From the NCBI RefSeq assembly GCF_006345805.1, contig NC_043006.1:52700001-52764000 (forward strand): a stretch of DNA of 64,000 bases, read 5' to 3'. Positions within the stretch are counted from its first letter, which is position 1. Every line of letters begins with the position of its first letter. The DNA is from Octopus sinensis. Lineage: Eukaryota. Below are positions 22,557 to 34,316 of the stretch, in pieces. Position numbers and translations under genes: made by a program. The notes below the pieces were generated by a model that searched no databases, was not told where the DNA came from, and was given only the letters and a program-made list of their open reading frames with translations.

Positions 22557-23628
22557 CCTTCTATATCAGACGCTTATGTACATACAAAGGTAAACTGTAT
22601 GCGTAAGTACCGAGACGCGAAAACAAAAAATAACAAAACACGCACAGACACACAAAGATACACACACGCGCGCGCGTAAACATATAAACATTTACATGTA
22701 CAAATGCATACACACATGTACATGCACAAACACACAGTGATGCACGTACACCCACGGTAAGAACAAACAAGCACCTCATTGACAAGTACATCCCACCTAC
22801 GCCTCGAGACAAGAATTTTCATTCTGTACCACACGAAACTATATTTTCTTCTATGAGTTCGTGGAGAATGTGTTGTTTCATTATTGTATTTTTTAAATTA
22901 TAAAAGTTGAAAGTACTTTGGAGAATCTCACAGCCTTTACTTGTAATTTTAACGAGTGCTTGTATATTGCTTGTATGCCGTGTGTTTTCCGTTAAAACGT
23001 GTTATCATCTCCATTTGAATTATGATTCATAGGTATTTTTCCCAATCTGTTCTTTACTAATTCAGTGACGTTTTACATTTTATTTTCTCACAGAATTAAT
23101 TTAAATAAGAAACAAATGACATTTCTAGTGATTATTTTTTTCTTTCTGAATGGTGTACTAATATGAAGCTAACGTACAACTGTGAGAGTGTTGGGTGGAC
23201 ATGCCAGTCACCTCGCTCAGGTCAAGTAGACTACCTTCGAGTCAACGATTAACGTAGGAGTTTCTTTGTGGCCTCTCAACCTGCTTGCCAGAAATAGCAT
23301 CTCAAAAAAAATATAAACGAGGACATATTGGACAATATGGAACTGAATATATTATTTGAAAACAATGGATTCTAATATAGACATAAGGCCAGTAATTCGG
23401 GGTGGAAGGAATCGTTTACTTTCACTAAAAATCAACTGTCAATCACCAGGCCTTCCTCTCCAGAGCTACGGACATTGACTCTAAATTCCTTTTTAAGCAG
23501 ATCAACAGCTGTACTAGATTGATGATTAACTATGTATATCTGTCTAAGTGTCTCTGTCTGTCTGTCTGTCTGTCTGTCTGCCTTTCTGTCTGTCTGTCTG
23601 TCTGTCTGTCTGTATGTATGTATGTATG

Positions 23629-23659
<31 letters not shown>

Positions 23660-23860
23660 GTATAATTAATCCAAACATGAACAAAGAGAAAACACAACAA
23701 CGCAAGGACGAGGAACAAGTAGAGTGCTATTGGACGCTCAGGAAAGGAAAGAAAGAAGGAGGATATCACGTTTCGAGCGGAGCACTGCGCCAGAAATAGA
23801 GAAAAAAGGAAAAGTCCAAAGAAGGGAAGACAGAGAGAGAAAATCGACAACGATACGCTG
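23660..23860 (-). mobile_element. Penelope-like terminal remnant with a decayed hammerhead, copy 1
   Basis: The minus strand reads tttCTGGCGC-A-gtgc-tcc-gctc-GAAACGTG. Homologous to 47150-47345 and duplicated at 24701-24901. Confidence 0.55.
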
Positions 23861-26800
23861 TATGTATGTTTGTATGTATGTATGTATGTATGTATGTACG
23901 TATGTATGTATGTATGTATGTATGTATGTATGTATGTATGTTTGTATGTATGTATGTATGTATGTATGTATGTATGTTTGTATGTATGTATGTATGTATG
24001 TATGTATGTATGTATGTATGTATGTTTGTATGTATGTATGTATGTTTGTATGTATATATGTTTGCATGTATGTATGTATGTATGTATGTTTGTATGTATG
24101 TATGTATGTATGTATGTATGTATGTATGTTTGTATGTATGTATGTATGTATGTTTGTATGTATATATGTTTGTATGTATGTATGTATGTATGTATGTATG
24201 TATGTATGTATGTATGTTTGTATGTATGTATGTTTGTATGTATGTATGTATGTATGTTTGTATGTATGTATGTATGTATGTTTGTATGTATGTATGTATG
24301 TATGTATGTATGTATGTATGTTTGTATGTATGTATGTATGTATGTTTGTATGTATGTATGTTTGTATGTTAGTATGTATGTATGTATGTATGTATGTCTG
24401 TATGTATGTATGTAGGTATGTATGTATGTATGTATGTGTTTGTATATGTATTGTATGTTTGTGTTTGTTTATGTATGTATGTTGTATGTATGTATGTATG
24501 TTTGTATGTACGTGTTTGTATGTTGTATGTATGTATGTTTGTTTGTATTGTATGTATGTATGTTTGTATGTATGTTTGTATGTATGTATGTTTGTATGTT
24601 TGTATGTATGTATGTTTGTATGTATGTATGTTTGTATGTATGTATGTTTGTATGTATGTATGTATGTATGTTTGTATGTATGTATGTATGTATGTATGTA
24701 TAATTAATCCAAACCTGAACAAAGAGAAAACACAACAATGCAAGGACGAGGAACAAGTATAGTGCTATTGGACGCTCAGGAAAGGAAAGAAAGAAGGAGG
24801 ATATCACGTTTCGAGCGGAGCAACTGCGCCAAAATAGAATAGGAAAAAGGAAAAGTCCAAAGAAGGGAAGACAGAGAGAGAAAATCGACAACGATACGCT
24901 GTATGTATGTTTGTATGTATGTATGTATGTATGTATGTACGTATGTATGTATGTATGTATGTATGTATGTATGTATGTTTGTATGTATGTATGTATGTAT
25001 GTATGTTTGTATGTACGTATGTATGTATGTATGTATGTATGTATGTATGTATGTATGTATGTATGTATGTATGTTTGTATGTATGTATGTATGTTTGTAT
25101 GTATATATGTTTGCATGTATGTATGTATGTATGTATGTATGTATGTTTGTATGTATGTATGTATGTATGTATGTATGTATGTATGTATGTTTGTATGTAT
25201 GTATGTATGTATGTTTGTATGTATATATGTTTGTATGTATGTATGTATGTATGTATGTATGTATGTTTGTATGTATGTATGTTTGTATGTATGTATGTAT
25301 GTATGTATGTTTGTATGTATGTATGTATGTATGTATGTTTGTATGTATGTATGTAGTATGTGTATGTATGTTTGTATGTATGTATGTATGTATGTTTGTA
25401 TGTATGTATGTTTGTATGTTAGTATGTATGTATGTATGTATGTCTGTATGTATGTATGTAGGTATGTATGTATGTATGTATGTATGTATGTTTGTATGTA
25501 TGTATGTTTGTATGTTTGTATGTATGTATGTTTGTATGTATGTATGTATGTTTGTATGTACGTCTGTTTGTATGTTTGTATGTATGTATGTTTGTTTGTA
25601 TGTATGTATGTATGTATGTTTGTATGTATGTTTGTAAGTATGTATGTTTGTATGTTTGTATGTATGTATGTTTGTATGTATGTATGTTTGTATGTATGTA
25701 TGTTTGTATGTATGTATGTATGTATGTTTGTATGTATGTATGTATGTATGTATGTATGTATGTTTGTATGTATGTATGTATGTTTGTATGTTTGTATGTA
25801 TGTTTGTATGTATGTATGTATGTATGTATGTTTGTATGTATGTATGTATGTATGTTTGTATGTTTGTATGTATGTATGTATGTTTGTATGTATGTTTGTA
25901 TGTTTGTAGGTTTGTATGTATGTATGTTTGTTTGTATGTATGTATGTTTGTATGTATGTATGTATGTATGTATGTTTGTATGTATGTATGTATGTATGTA
26001 TGTTTGTATGTATGTATGTATGTATGTTTGTATGTATGTATGTTTGTATGTTTGTATGTATGTATGAATGTATGTATGTCTGTAAGTATGTATGTATGTA
26101 TGTATGTATGTTTGTATGTATGTATGTTTGTATATTTGTATGTATGTATGTTTGTATGTATGTATGTTTGTATGTTTGTATGTATGTATGTTTGTTTGTA
26201 TGTATGTATGTATGTTTGTATGTATGTATGTATGTATGTATGTATGTATGTATGTATGTTTGTATGTTTGTATGTATGTTTGTATGTATGTCTGCTTGTA
26301 TGTTTGTATGTATTATGTTTGTTTGTATGTATGTATGTATGTTTGTATGTATGTATGTTTGTATGTATGTATGTTTGTATGTTTGTATGTATGTATGTTT
26401 GTATGTATGTATGTATGTTTGTATGTATGTATGTTTGTATGTATGTATGTATGTATGTTTGTATGTATGTATGTTTGTATGTATGTATGTATGTATGTAT
26501 GTATGTTTGTATGTTTGTATGTATGTATGTATATCTGTATGTAGGTATGTATGTATGTATGTATGTATGTATGTATGTATGTATGTATGTTTGTATGTTT
26601 GTATGTATGTATGTATGTATGTTTGTATGTTTGTATGTATGTTTGTATGTATGTATGTATGTATGTATGTATGTATGTATGTTTGTATGTATGTATGTAT
26701 GTATGTATGTTTGTATGTTTGTATGTATGTATGTTTGTTTGTATGTATGTATGTATGTTTGTATGTATGTCTGTTTGTATGTTTGTATGTATGTATGTTT

Positions 26801-27650
26801 GTTTGTATGTATGTATGTATGTTTGTATGTATGTATGTTTGTATGTATGTATGTTTGTATGTTTGTATGTATGTATGTATGTTTGTATGTATGTATGTTT
26901 GTATGTATGTATGTATGTTTGTATGTATGTATGTATGTATGTATGTATGTTTGTATGTATGTATGTATGTATGTATGTATGTTTGTATGTTTGTATGTAT
27001 GTTTGTATGTATGTATGTATGTATGTATGTATGTATGTATGTTTGTATGTATGTATGTATGTATGTATGTATGTTTGTATGTTTGTATGTATGTATGTAT
27101 GTTTGTATGTATGTTTGTATGTTTGTATGTATGTATGTTTGTTTGTATGTATGTATGTTTGTATGTATGTATGTATGTATGTATGTATGTATGTTTGTTT
27201 GTATGTATGTAGTATGTTTGTATGTCTGTATGTATGTATGTTTGTATGTATGTATGTATGTATGTTTGTATGTATGTATGTTTGTATGTCTGTATGTATG
27301 TATGTATGTATGTATGTTTGTATGCATGTATGTTTGTATGTTTGTATGTTTGTATGTTTGTTTGTATGTATGTATGTTTGTATGTATGTATGTTTGTTTG
27401 TATGTATGTATGTTTGTATGTATGTATGTATGTATGTATGTATGTATGTATCTATGTTTGTATCTATGTTTGTATGTATGTATGTTTGTATGTATGTATG
27501 TTTGTATGTTTTTATGTTTGTATGTATGTTTGTTTGTATGTATGTATGTTTGTATGTTTGTATGTATGTATGTATGCATGTATGTTTGTATGTATGTATG
27601 TATGTATGTATGTATGTATGTTTGTATGTATGTATGTAGGTATGTATGTA

Positions 27651-27685
<35 letters not shown>

Positions 27686-27690
27686 ATGTA
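23861..27690. repeat. About 3.8-kb (TATG)n/(TTTG) tetranucleotide array interrupted by a second 200-bp repeat copy at 24701-24901
   Basis: Direct inspection. It is the source of the long MYVC/HTYI pseudo-ORFs. Confidence 0.95.
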
Positions 27691-27924
27691 CATTAGATTT
27701 TACAAGGTAAAGGTTGACAGTGTTCGAAGTTTCCGCTCACGCTTTCAGATGAAGGCAAACAAACCGATACTTCGTAGTCACTGTCAGCCTTTCCCTTATA
27801 AAAGATAATAAATATGTACTCTACTAAAAAGTACTGACTAATCTTTCGTTTTAATGTTAAATTGTTTTTATACACTGCATGACATAAAAACAGACATTAA
27901 TATATACACACATTAAAGCGACGA

Positions 27925-28562
27925 AACGCTTAGCCGCATTTCGTCTATCTTCACATTCCGAGATGAAATTACTGCCGATGTCCACTTTGCCTTTCATCCT
28001 TTCAGAGTCGATAGAATAAGTACCAGCTGAGTACTGGGGTCGATGTTATCGATTTGCCCCTCACCGAAATTGCTGGCCTTGTGCCAAAATCTGAACCTAA
28101 TATATACATACGTTAAGGTGGCGAGCCGGCAGAATCGTTAGCACGCCGGGCGAAATACGTAGTCGTATTTCGTCTGCCGTTACGTTCTGAGTTCAAATTC
28201 CGCCGAGGTCGACTTTGTCTTTCATCTTTTCGGGGTCAATAAAAAAAAAGTACCAGTCGAATACTTTGGGTCGGTCTAACCGACTTATCCCATCCCTCGA
28301 AATTGCTGGCCTTGTACCAAAATTTAAAACCAATATTATTTTAATAATTAAGGCTGCGAGCTGGCAGAATCGTTAGCACTCCGGGCAAATTGCTTAGCGG
28401 CATTTCGTCCGTCTTCTGGTTCTGAGTTCAAATTTTGCCAAGGTCGACTTGGCGTTTCATCCTTTCGGAGTTGATAAAATAAGTACCAGTTAAACACTGG
28501 AGTCGGTGTAATCGACCTATCCCCTTCCCTCGAAATTGCTGGCCTTGTGTCAAAATTTGAAA
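27925..28562 (+). mobile_element. Three adjacent Nin/Deu-domain SINE copies in the same orientation
   Basis: Copies at about 27925-28100, 28112-28335 and 28350-28562. Each has gtc(g/c)actttg..tttcatc(c/t)ttt and ends gaaattgctggccttgt. Confidence 0.8.
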
Positions 28563-28584
28563 CAATTATCTTAATACTCTTTTA

Positions 28585-28970
28585 CTTTTTTACTTGTCAT
28601 TTGACTGCGGCCATGCTGGAGCACCGCCTTTAGTCGAGCAAATCGACCCCAGGACTTATTCTTCGGAAGCCTAGTACTTATTCTATCGGTTACTTTTGCC
28701 GAACCGCTAAGTTACGGGGACGTAAGCACACCACCATCGGTTGTCAAGGGATGCTGGGTGGACAAATACAGACACACAAACATATACACACATGTATATA
28801 TACATATATACGACAGGCTTCTTTCAGTTTCTGTCTACCAAATTCACTCACAAGGCTTTAGTCGGCCCGAGGCTATAGTAGAAGACACTTTCCCAAGGTG
28901 CCACGCAGTGGAACTGAACCTGAAACCATGTGGTTGGTAAGCAAGCTACTTACCACACAGCCACTCCTGG
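28585..28970 (-). mobile_element. Near full-length tRNA-derived SINE with a CR1-like tail
   Basis: The minus strand gives a tRNA head, an internal (TG)-rich block, the tail ggcggtgctccagcatggccgcagtc and A-rich repeats. Confidence 0.85.
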
Positions 28971-29919
28971 GCCTAATAGTGATAATTTATTGTGATATTC
29001 TTATCAGGTTTGCAAGAGTTGCGCAAATGGCAATATAATGAGCTATAATCAATTTCTTTGAATAATAACTCTTGTTCAGATCCTGTCAGTCAGCTTCGAC
29101 GTTTCATTTTATCCCACCATTGGTCTGCAGATGCGTACTATAATCATTTCAGTAGATTACAGCTGCAACCAACATCATGTGTGTATGTGTGTAGGTACGA
29201 ATTATATTACTCAATAGAAATTTATGCAGAGTCAAGTGGTGACCAACAGCATCGAGGCACACCAAAATCAAAAGCAGTGCAGTCAGTACAATCAACAACA
29301 GGATATTTCACGTAGCATACATGATTTGTCAATCACGGGTAAACGAAAGGCTAAGTCTATCTCGAGAACATTCAAACTCAGAACCTAAATGAACTCAGTA
29401 TTTTAGAACAGGTTGGCCACTTCCGTCGTACTCCGTCTCTGACATTGAGTACAGCATAATTCGTTTTACATGGTCTCAGCATAGTTTTTATCAGTTGAAT
29501 ATTACTTAATGCTCGGGTTATTTCTATTGTAAGCAGAGTTGAACAAAAGATGCTCCAACAATTTATGAAAATATTTAGAGAATGTTGTTTATTTATTTTT
29601 ATCCATAAATTAAACCATTGTTAATGAGCTAAGAATGTGTAATGAAGATATTTGCATATAATGAATGAGAAGGTGGTGTTATATAAGTAGCTTATACAAT
29701 CTTTCATTTTCTCTGTATTTTCTTGTAGTTGAATAATATTGTCATTTAACAGACCTAGAAATATACACTCATATGCACGCATATATAAATACATACATAT
29801 ATACACACACATACATATATACATACATACATATATACATGCATACATACATACATACATACATACATACATACATACATACATGCGTGCGCACGTGTGT
29901 CTTTGTATTTGCCCAACAC

Positions 29920-30090
29920 CGGTGTTGTTGTGTTTACGTCCCTGCAACTCAGCAATTCGGCAAAAAGGTTCAATAGAATAAGTTCTGGTCTTTTAAAAAT
30001 TAAGTACTAGAATCAGTTCATTCGACTTATAGATCTTCAAGGCGGTGCCCCAGCATGGCCGCAGTCTAATGTCTGAAACAAGTTGACGAT
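29920..30090 (+). mobile_element. 3' half of the CR1-tailed SINE
   Basis: ggcggtgccccagcatggccgcagtctaatgtctgaaacaag at 30041-30082. Confidence 0.7.
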
Positions 30091-30369
30091 AAAATGATAT
30101 ATCCTTACAGTTGCAAGATAAGTAGATTCTAGATTAGAGCAGTCGCTTGTTATCTTGTTATGTCCAGTAGCAAGATTAATTCAAGACAATTGAACTTATA
30201 TAAGAATGCAGAAGTAGCTGAGAAAAATCTCATGATCTCTAAGTACCATCTAACTTGATACTTTTTATAACAGATTTTTGCTGTGTCGGGATGAAATTCC
30301 ATCTCCTATATTGATCATGTTTTTAACACAGTACATCTATAATCTCGGACGAAGACCACAGTATCGACA

Positions 30370-30418
<49 letters not shown>

Positions 30419-30419
30419 A

Positions 30420-30740
30420 ACAAGGGAAAGTTTACGAAAATAAACAAAAGACGAAGGCAGGAGATGTACAAACAAACAAATGGATTAGTACGATGAGAGG
30501 AATTCGTAACTCTGGGTGGTTCCTATGTAGAAAAAGACTAATAACTGTGCCAAGTTTCGTTGCTCTACTGCGATGGGAAGTGGGTCAGGGTCATTACTTA
30601 TTGAATGCCTCTCGTATAGTGCTCAGGAATAGAAAAAGTCTTTTACGTTTCGAACCTACGCTCTTCCACAGAAAGATACACAGAAAAAAACAAGGACAGA
30701 AAAAAAATGCGTGTAGTAGCTAACGATCTATCATGGCGTC
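30420..30740 (-). mobile_element. Penelope-like terminal remnant between TA tracts, interrupted by a mariner end
   Basis: The minus strand at 30640-30676 reads tcttt-CTGTGGA-A-gagc-gtag-gttc-GAAAC-GTA-aaaga (hammerhead-like, A6 replaced by U). Confidence 0.55.
30491..30614 (-). mobile_element. Solo Tc1/mariner terminal fragment flanked by TA
   Basis: The reverse complement matches 46566-46690 (cgag.ggc.ttcaataagtaatg.ccctgacccacttccca). Confidence 0.75.
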
Positions 30741-30779
30741 ATACACACACACACACACACCACACACACACACACATAT

Positions 30780-30827
<48 letters not shown>

Positions 30828-30855
30828 CATATATACATATATTATATGATAAATA

Positions 30856-31771
30856 CGAGGGGGTACCCAAAAGGAATTGGAATTTTGCAATATTATTTTA
30901 TTCACTTAGTTGTGCACGTTTACACTTTTATCGCCTTCATAGTATTCTCCATTTGAAGAAAAAGCATCGGTCCAGACGCGTTTTCCACTCTTCCAAGCAG
31001 TGCTAAAATTCTTGTGAAGTGATGCCTTTTAACGCCTCCATCGTTTTTTTTTTTAATCTTTTTTTTTTTCCCTCTTCCACATCTGCAAATTCCTTAGCAC
31101 CAGCTGTCGTCACCAGTGATGACCTTCGAAAAAAGGTCCAAATCAACTTATCGCTGTTCTCTCAATTCACGACACGCATGCAGTCATGACTGCTTTTGAT
31201 CTCCCATGAGCAAGTGAGGCATAAATTTTGCTGCAACTCTTTTCGTTTGCAATTCTTCGCTCAAAATTCGTTGACAGGAGCCCCAGGATACACCAGTCAT
31301 ATCAACAAGTTCGTCAATTGGCCTGTGGCGCTCCTTCAAGATCAGTTCATGAATTTTCGTGATGTTTTCATTCGTTGGAGAGGTCGACGGTCGCCCTGAA
31401 TGAGGATGGTCTTCAAGCCAAAGTGACTATTCCTAAAACATGAAACCACTCGTAAACTTGTGTTTTGATCTTGGTAGCATCCTTGTAAGCTATTTGAAGC
31501 ATGACAACTATTTTGGCCGCTGTTTTCCTCAGCAGAAAACAATTTCACGAAAGCACGCCGTTTCTTCGTTTCAGGTATCGCTAAAATCACCGAATAAGGG
31601 AGAAGCACTGCAAAACAAAGACGCACCACATGGCAGTACGATCCCACTCGATGACGCCAGTCGACAGATTGATGCCTGAGGTACGCACCGAGTGGCTTCT
31701 AGAGCTGAAACCTGAACTACAACGAACTTGTCCCATGGAGAACGTTTCCGGTTACTTTTGGTACCTCCTCA
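30856..31771 (-). mobile_element. Internally deleted mariner element
   Basis: TIRs cgagggggtacccaaaagg / cttttggtacctcctca with TA on both sides. A frameshifted N-terminal transposase remnant (RRAFVKL...) is present. Confidence 0.85.
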
Positions 31772-31921
31772 TAGATGGCTATCATAATTATTGTATCTGG
31801 TTTAAATATTACATTTCTCGGAGAAAAAAAAATCCCAAAATCTGTAGATTATGTTTTTAACGCAGTACGTCCATAAGAAATGTTTTATTTCGGACAAAGA
31901 ACGCAATATCTGGTATTTCGA

Positions 31922-31965
<44 letters not shown>

Positions 31966-32384
31966 TATATTTTATATATATGTTACATAAATGGCTACTA
32001 TAATTATTGTATCTGGTTTAAATATTTCATTTCTCAAAAATATCCCTAAATCTCTAGAAACTTAGCTCATCGCCATAGTTCTCAATTCACATTTACCACC
32101 GCTTTATGAGCTCACAACGCTCCAATGGGGGGCGCTACCGTTCGGGTTAACAACTACTGATTCGATAAATTCTTAAAACATAATGGTTGTCACTAATCTT
32201 GAATAGTTTCACTTCGGATCAATGGGAAGTTTTGCAATTACAGTAGTTGGTTTTAGAAAATTTGTAAAATAGACGTATCTGATTGTTGGACACTATATAA
32301 TCAGTTATTCCCAGAAATCGGTGATCATTCTTAAAGACCATTTCTTATGAGATATATTAATTCCTGTCGATCGAGATTAGTAAT

Positions 32385-32750
32385 GTTTGAAAAGCAGGAA
32401 AAGCTGTGCGGCTAAGAAGATCGCTATGCAGCCAGGTGGTTTTGAATTCAATCTCACTGCGCAGTACTTTGGGCAAGTATCTTCTGTCATATCCCGGAGC
32501 CGACCAATCCCGTGTGAGTGAATTTGTTAGAGGGAAACTATATGGAACCCCTTTACATGCATGCGTGTATGTGTGTATGTGTGTGTGCGTGTGTATTTGT
32601 GTGTGTATTTGTACGTTTTTTGTGTTTGTGTCTGTCCTTAGTTGACCGCATGACAACCAGTGAGGGTTTGTTTACGTCCTTCTGACTCAACAGTTTGGCA
32701 AGGAGGACGATAGAATAAGTACGAGACTTACATATAAGGACAGGAGTCGA
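32385..32750 (+). mobile_element. Degenerate tRNA-derived SINE (CR1-tailed family)
   Basis: Body matches 50-413 and 28585-28970. Confidence 0.65.
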
Positions 32751-33184
32751 GGTATTAGTTAGGAAATATCACCGTAGAATGAAATTACATTGTCGGTTGC
32801 TGATGTGGCTTTTTTGTTCCCAAAACAATTCTCATTGTCAATGCCTACCAGAGTACCCATTCTTGTGCATTTAGTTGGTACTTTTCCCCGCCACCTCAAT
32901 AGTCAAATATTTTGAAATATGTTTCGCTAATGTGAAATCATAACACCAAGACGATATCCGGAGTTGTCTCCCATGCTTGCCTTTTCTGTCTGCAAAATTA
33001 TTTCTACCTAGCCTTTTTTATTTTTTTGTACCTGTTGCTTTAAATATTTCAACATTAATTTGCTTTTATAAAATTTATAAAATTTATATTACTTTATTCA
33101 TAGATACTGTACTCTATCATTCATTTTATCGACTAACTTCAAAATAATATTACTGAAAATATTTAACCGTCTAGGAAATAAAAC

Positions 33185-33368
33185 GTGAAGTGATGCATTT
33201 TAACGCCTCTATGGTTTTTTTTTTAATCTTCTTTTTTTTCTCTCTTCCACATCTGCAAATTCCTTAGCACCAGCTGTCGTCACCAGTGATGACCTTCGAA
33301 AAAAGGTCCAAATCAACTTATCACTGTTCTCTCAATTCACGACACGCATGCAGTCATGACTGCTTTTG
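33185..33368 (+). repeat. Orphan copy of mariner-internal segment 31014-31198
   Basis: Near-identical 184-bp match with no TIRs. Confidence 0.9.
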
Positions 33369-33764
33369 TTTAGCAAAAGATTAAATTGTAAACGTATATA
33401 TATATACGTTTGTGTGTGTTTATATTTTGATAAATAATAATTCGGGTAAATATAACGTGTGTATAAAAGAGGATAAAAGTGTCAGAAATAACTGAGTGAT
33501 TATACTTTATCCTCTTTATATACACTTTACTTCTACTTTGTTTAAATGTAAAAATCTTATTAATCTCAATGAACAAATCGGATTTAAGCTTTATAGGAAA
33601 GGTTTAATGTCACTTATCCTTTCTTGAAAATGTTTGATGTTTCGGAAAATGGTAAGAAAGTCGGAGTTTGTTTCGCAATTCTCGTATTCATGTATTTGTA
33701 TGTGTGTATGCGCGTGCGCGGGAAGGCGAGGGAATCGATGCTTTTTTTTTTTTGTCTCTTGCCT

Positions 33765-33960
33765 TTTATTTCTTTCAGCCACTGGACTACAGCTATACTG
33801 GGACATCGTCTTAGCGGGTTTAATCGAATGAATTACAAATTGATCCATCCCAGTACTTATTTTTAAGTTAGGTACTTACTCTATCGGACTCTTTTGCTGA
33901 ACCACTAAGACAGGGATATAAACAGATCACCACAGGTTGTGACGGTGGAGAACAAAGACA
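33765..33960 (-). mobile_element. Partial CR1-tailed SINE
   Basis: tacttactctatcgg..cttttgctgaaccactaag, as in 28670-28715. Confidence 0.55.
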
Positions 33961-34030
33961 AAGACACTGACATACATACACATACATCGACACTTACATA
34001 CACATACATATGCACATACACACGCACACA

Positions 34031-34073
<43 letters not shown>

Positions 34074-34170
34074 ACACACACACACATACAAACATACACG
34101 CACGCACGCACACACGCACGCACACGCACAGACACACACACAGAGAAAGACACACGTGCGCGCGCGCACG

Positions 34171-34231
<61 letters not shown>

Positions 34232-34235
34232 TGCG

Positions 34236-34316
34236 AAGGCGGCGAGCTGGGAGAACCGTTAGCACGCCGGGCGAAATGCGTAGCCGTATTTCGTTCTGAG
34301 TTCAAATTCCGCGAGG
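34236..34316 (+). mobile_element. Nin-SINE 5' head truncated at the RTE junction
   Basis: gaaggcggcgagctgg.agaa.cgttagcacgccgggcgaaat...gagttcaaattccgcgagg. Confidence 0.8.

Noticed and set aside
24469-27693. 1074-aa ORF and overlapping MYVC/HTYI ORFs
   Set aside because: These are translations of the (TATG)n array, which lacks stops in most frames. They are not genes.
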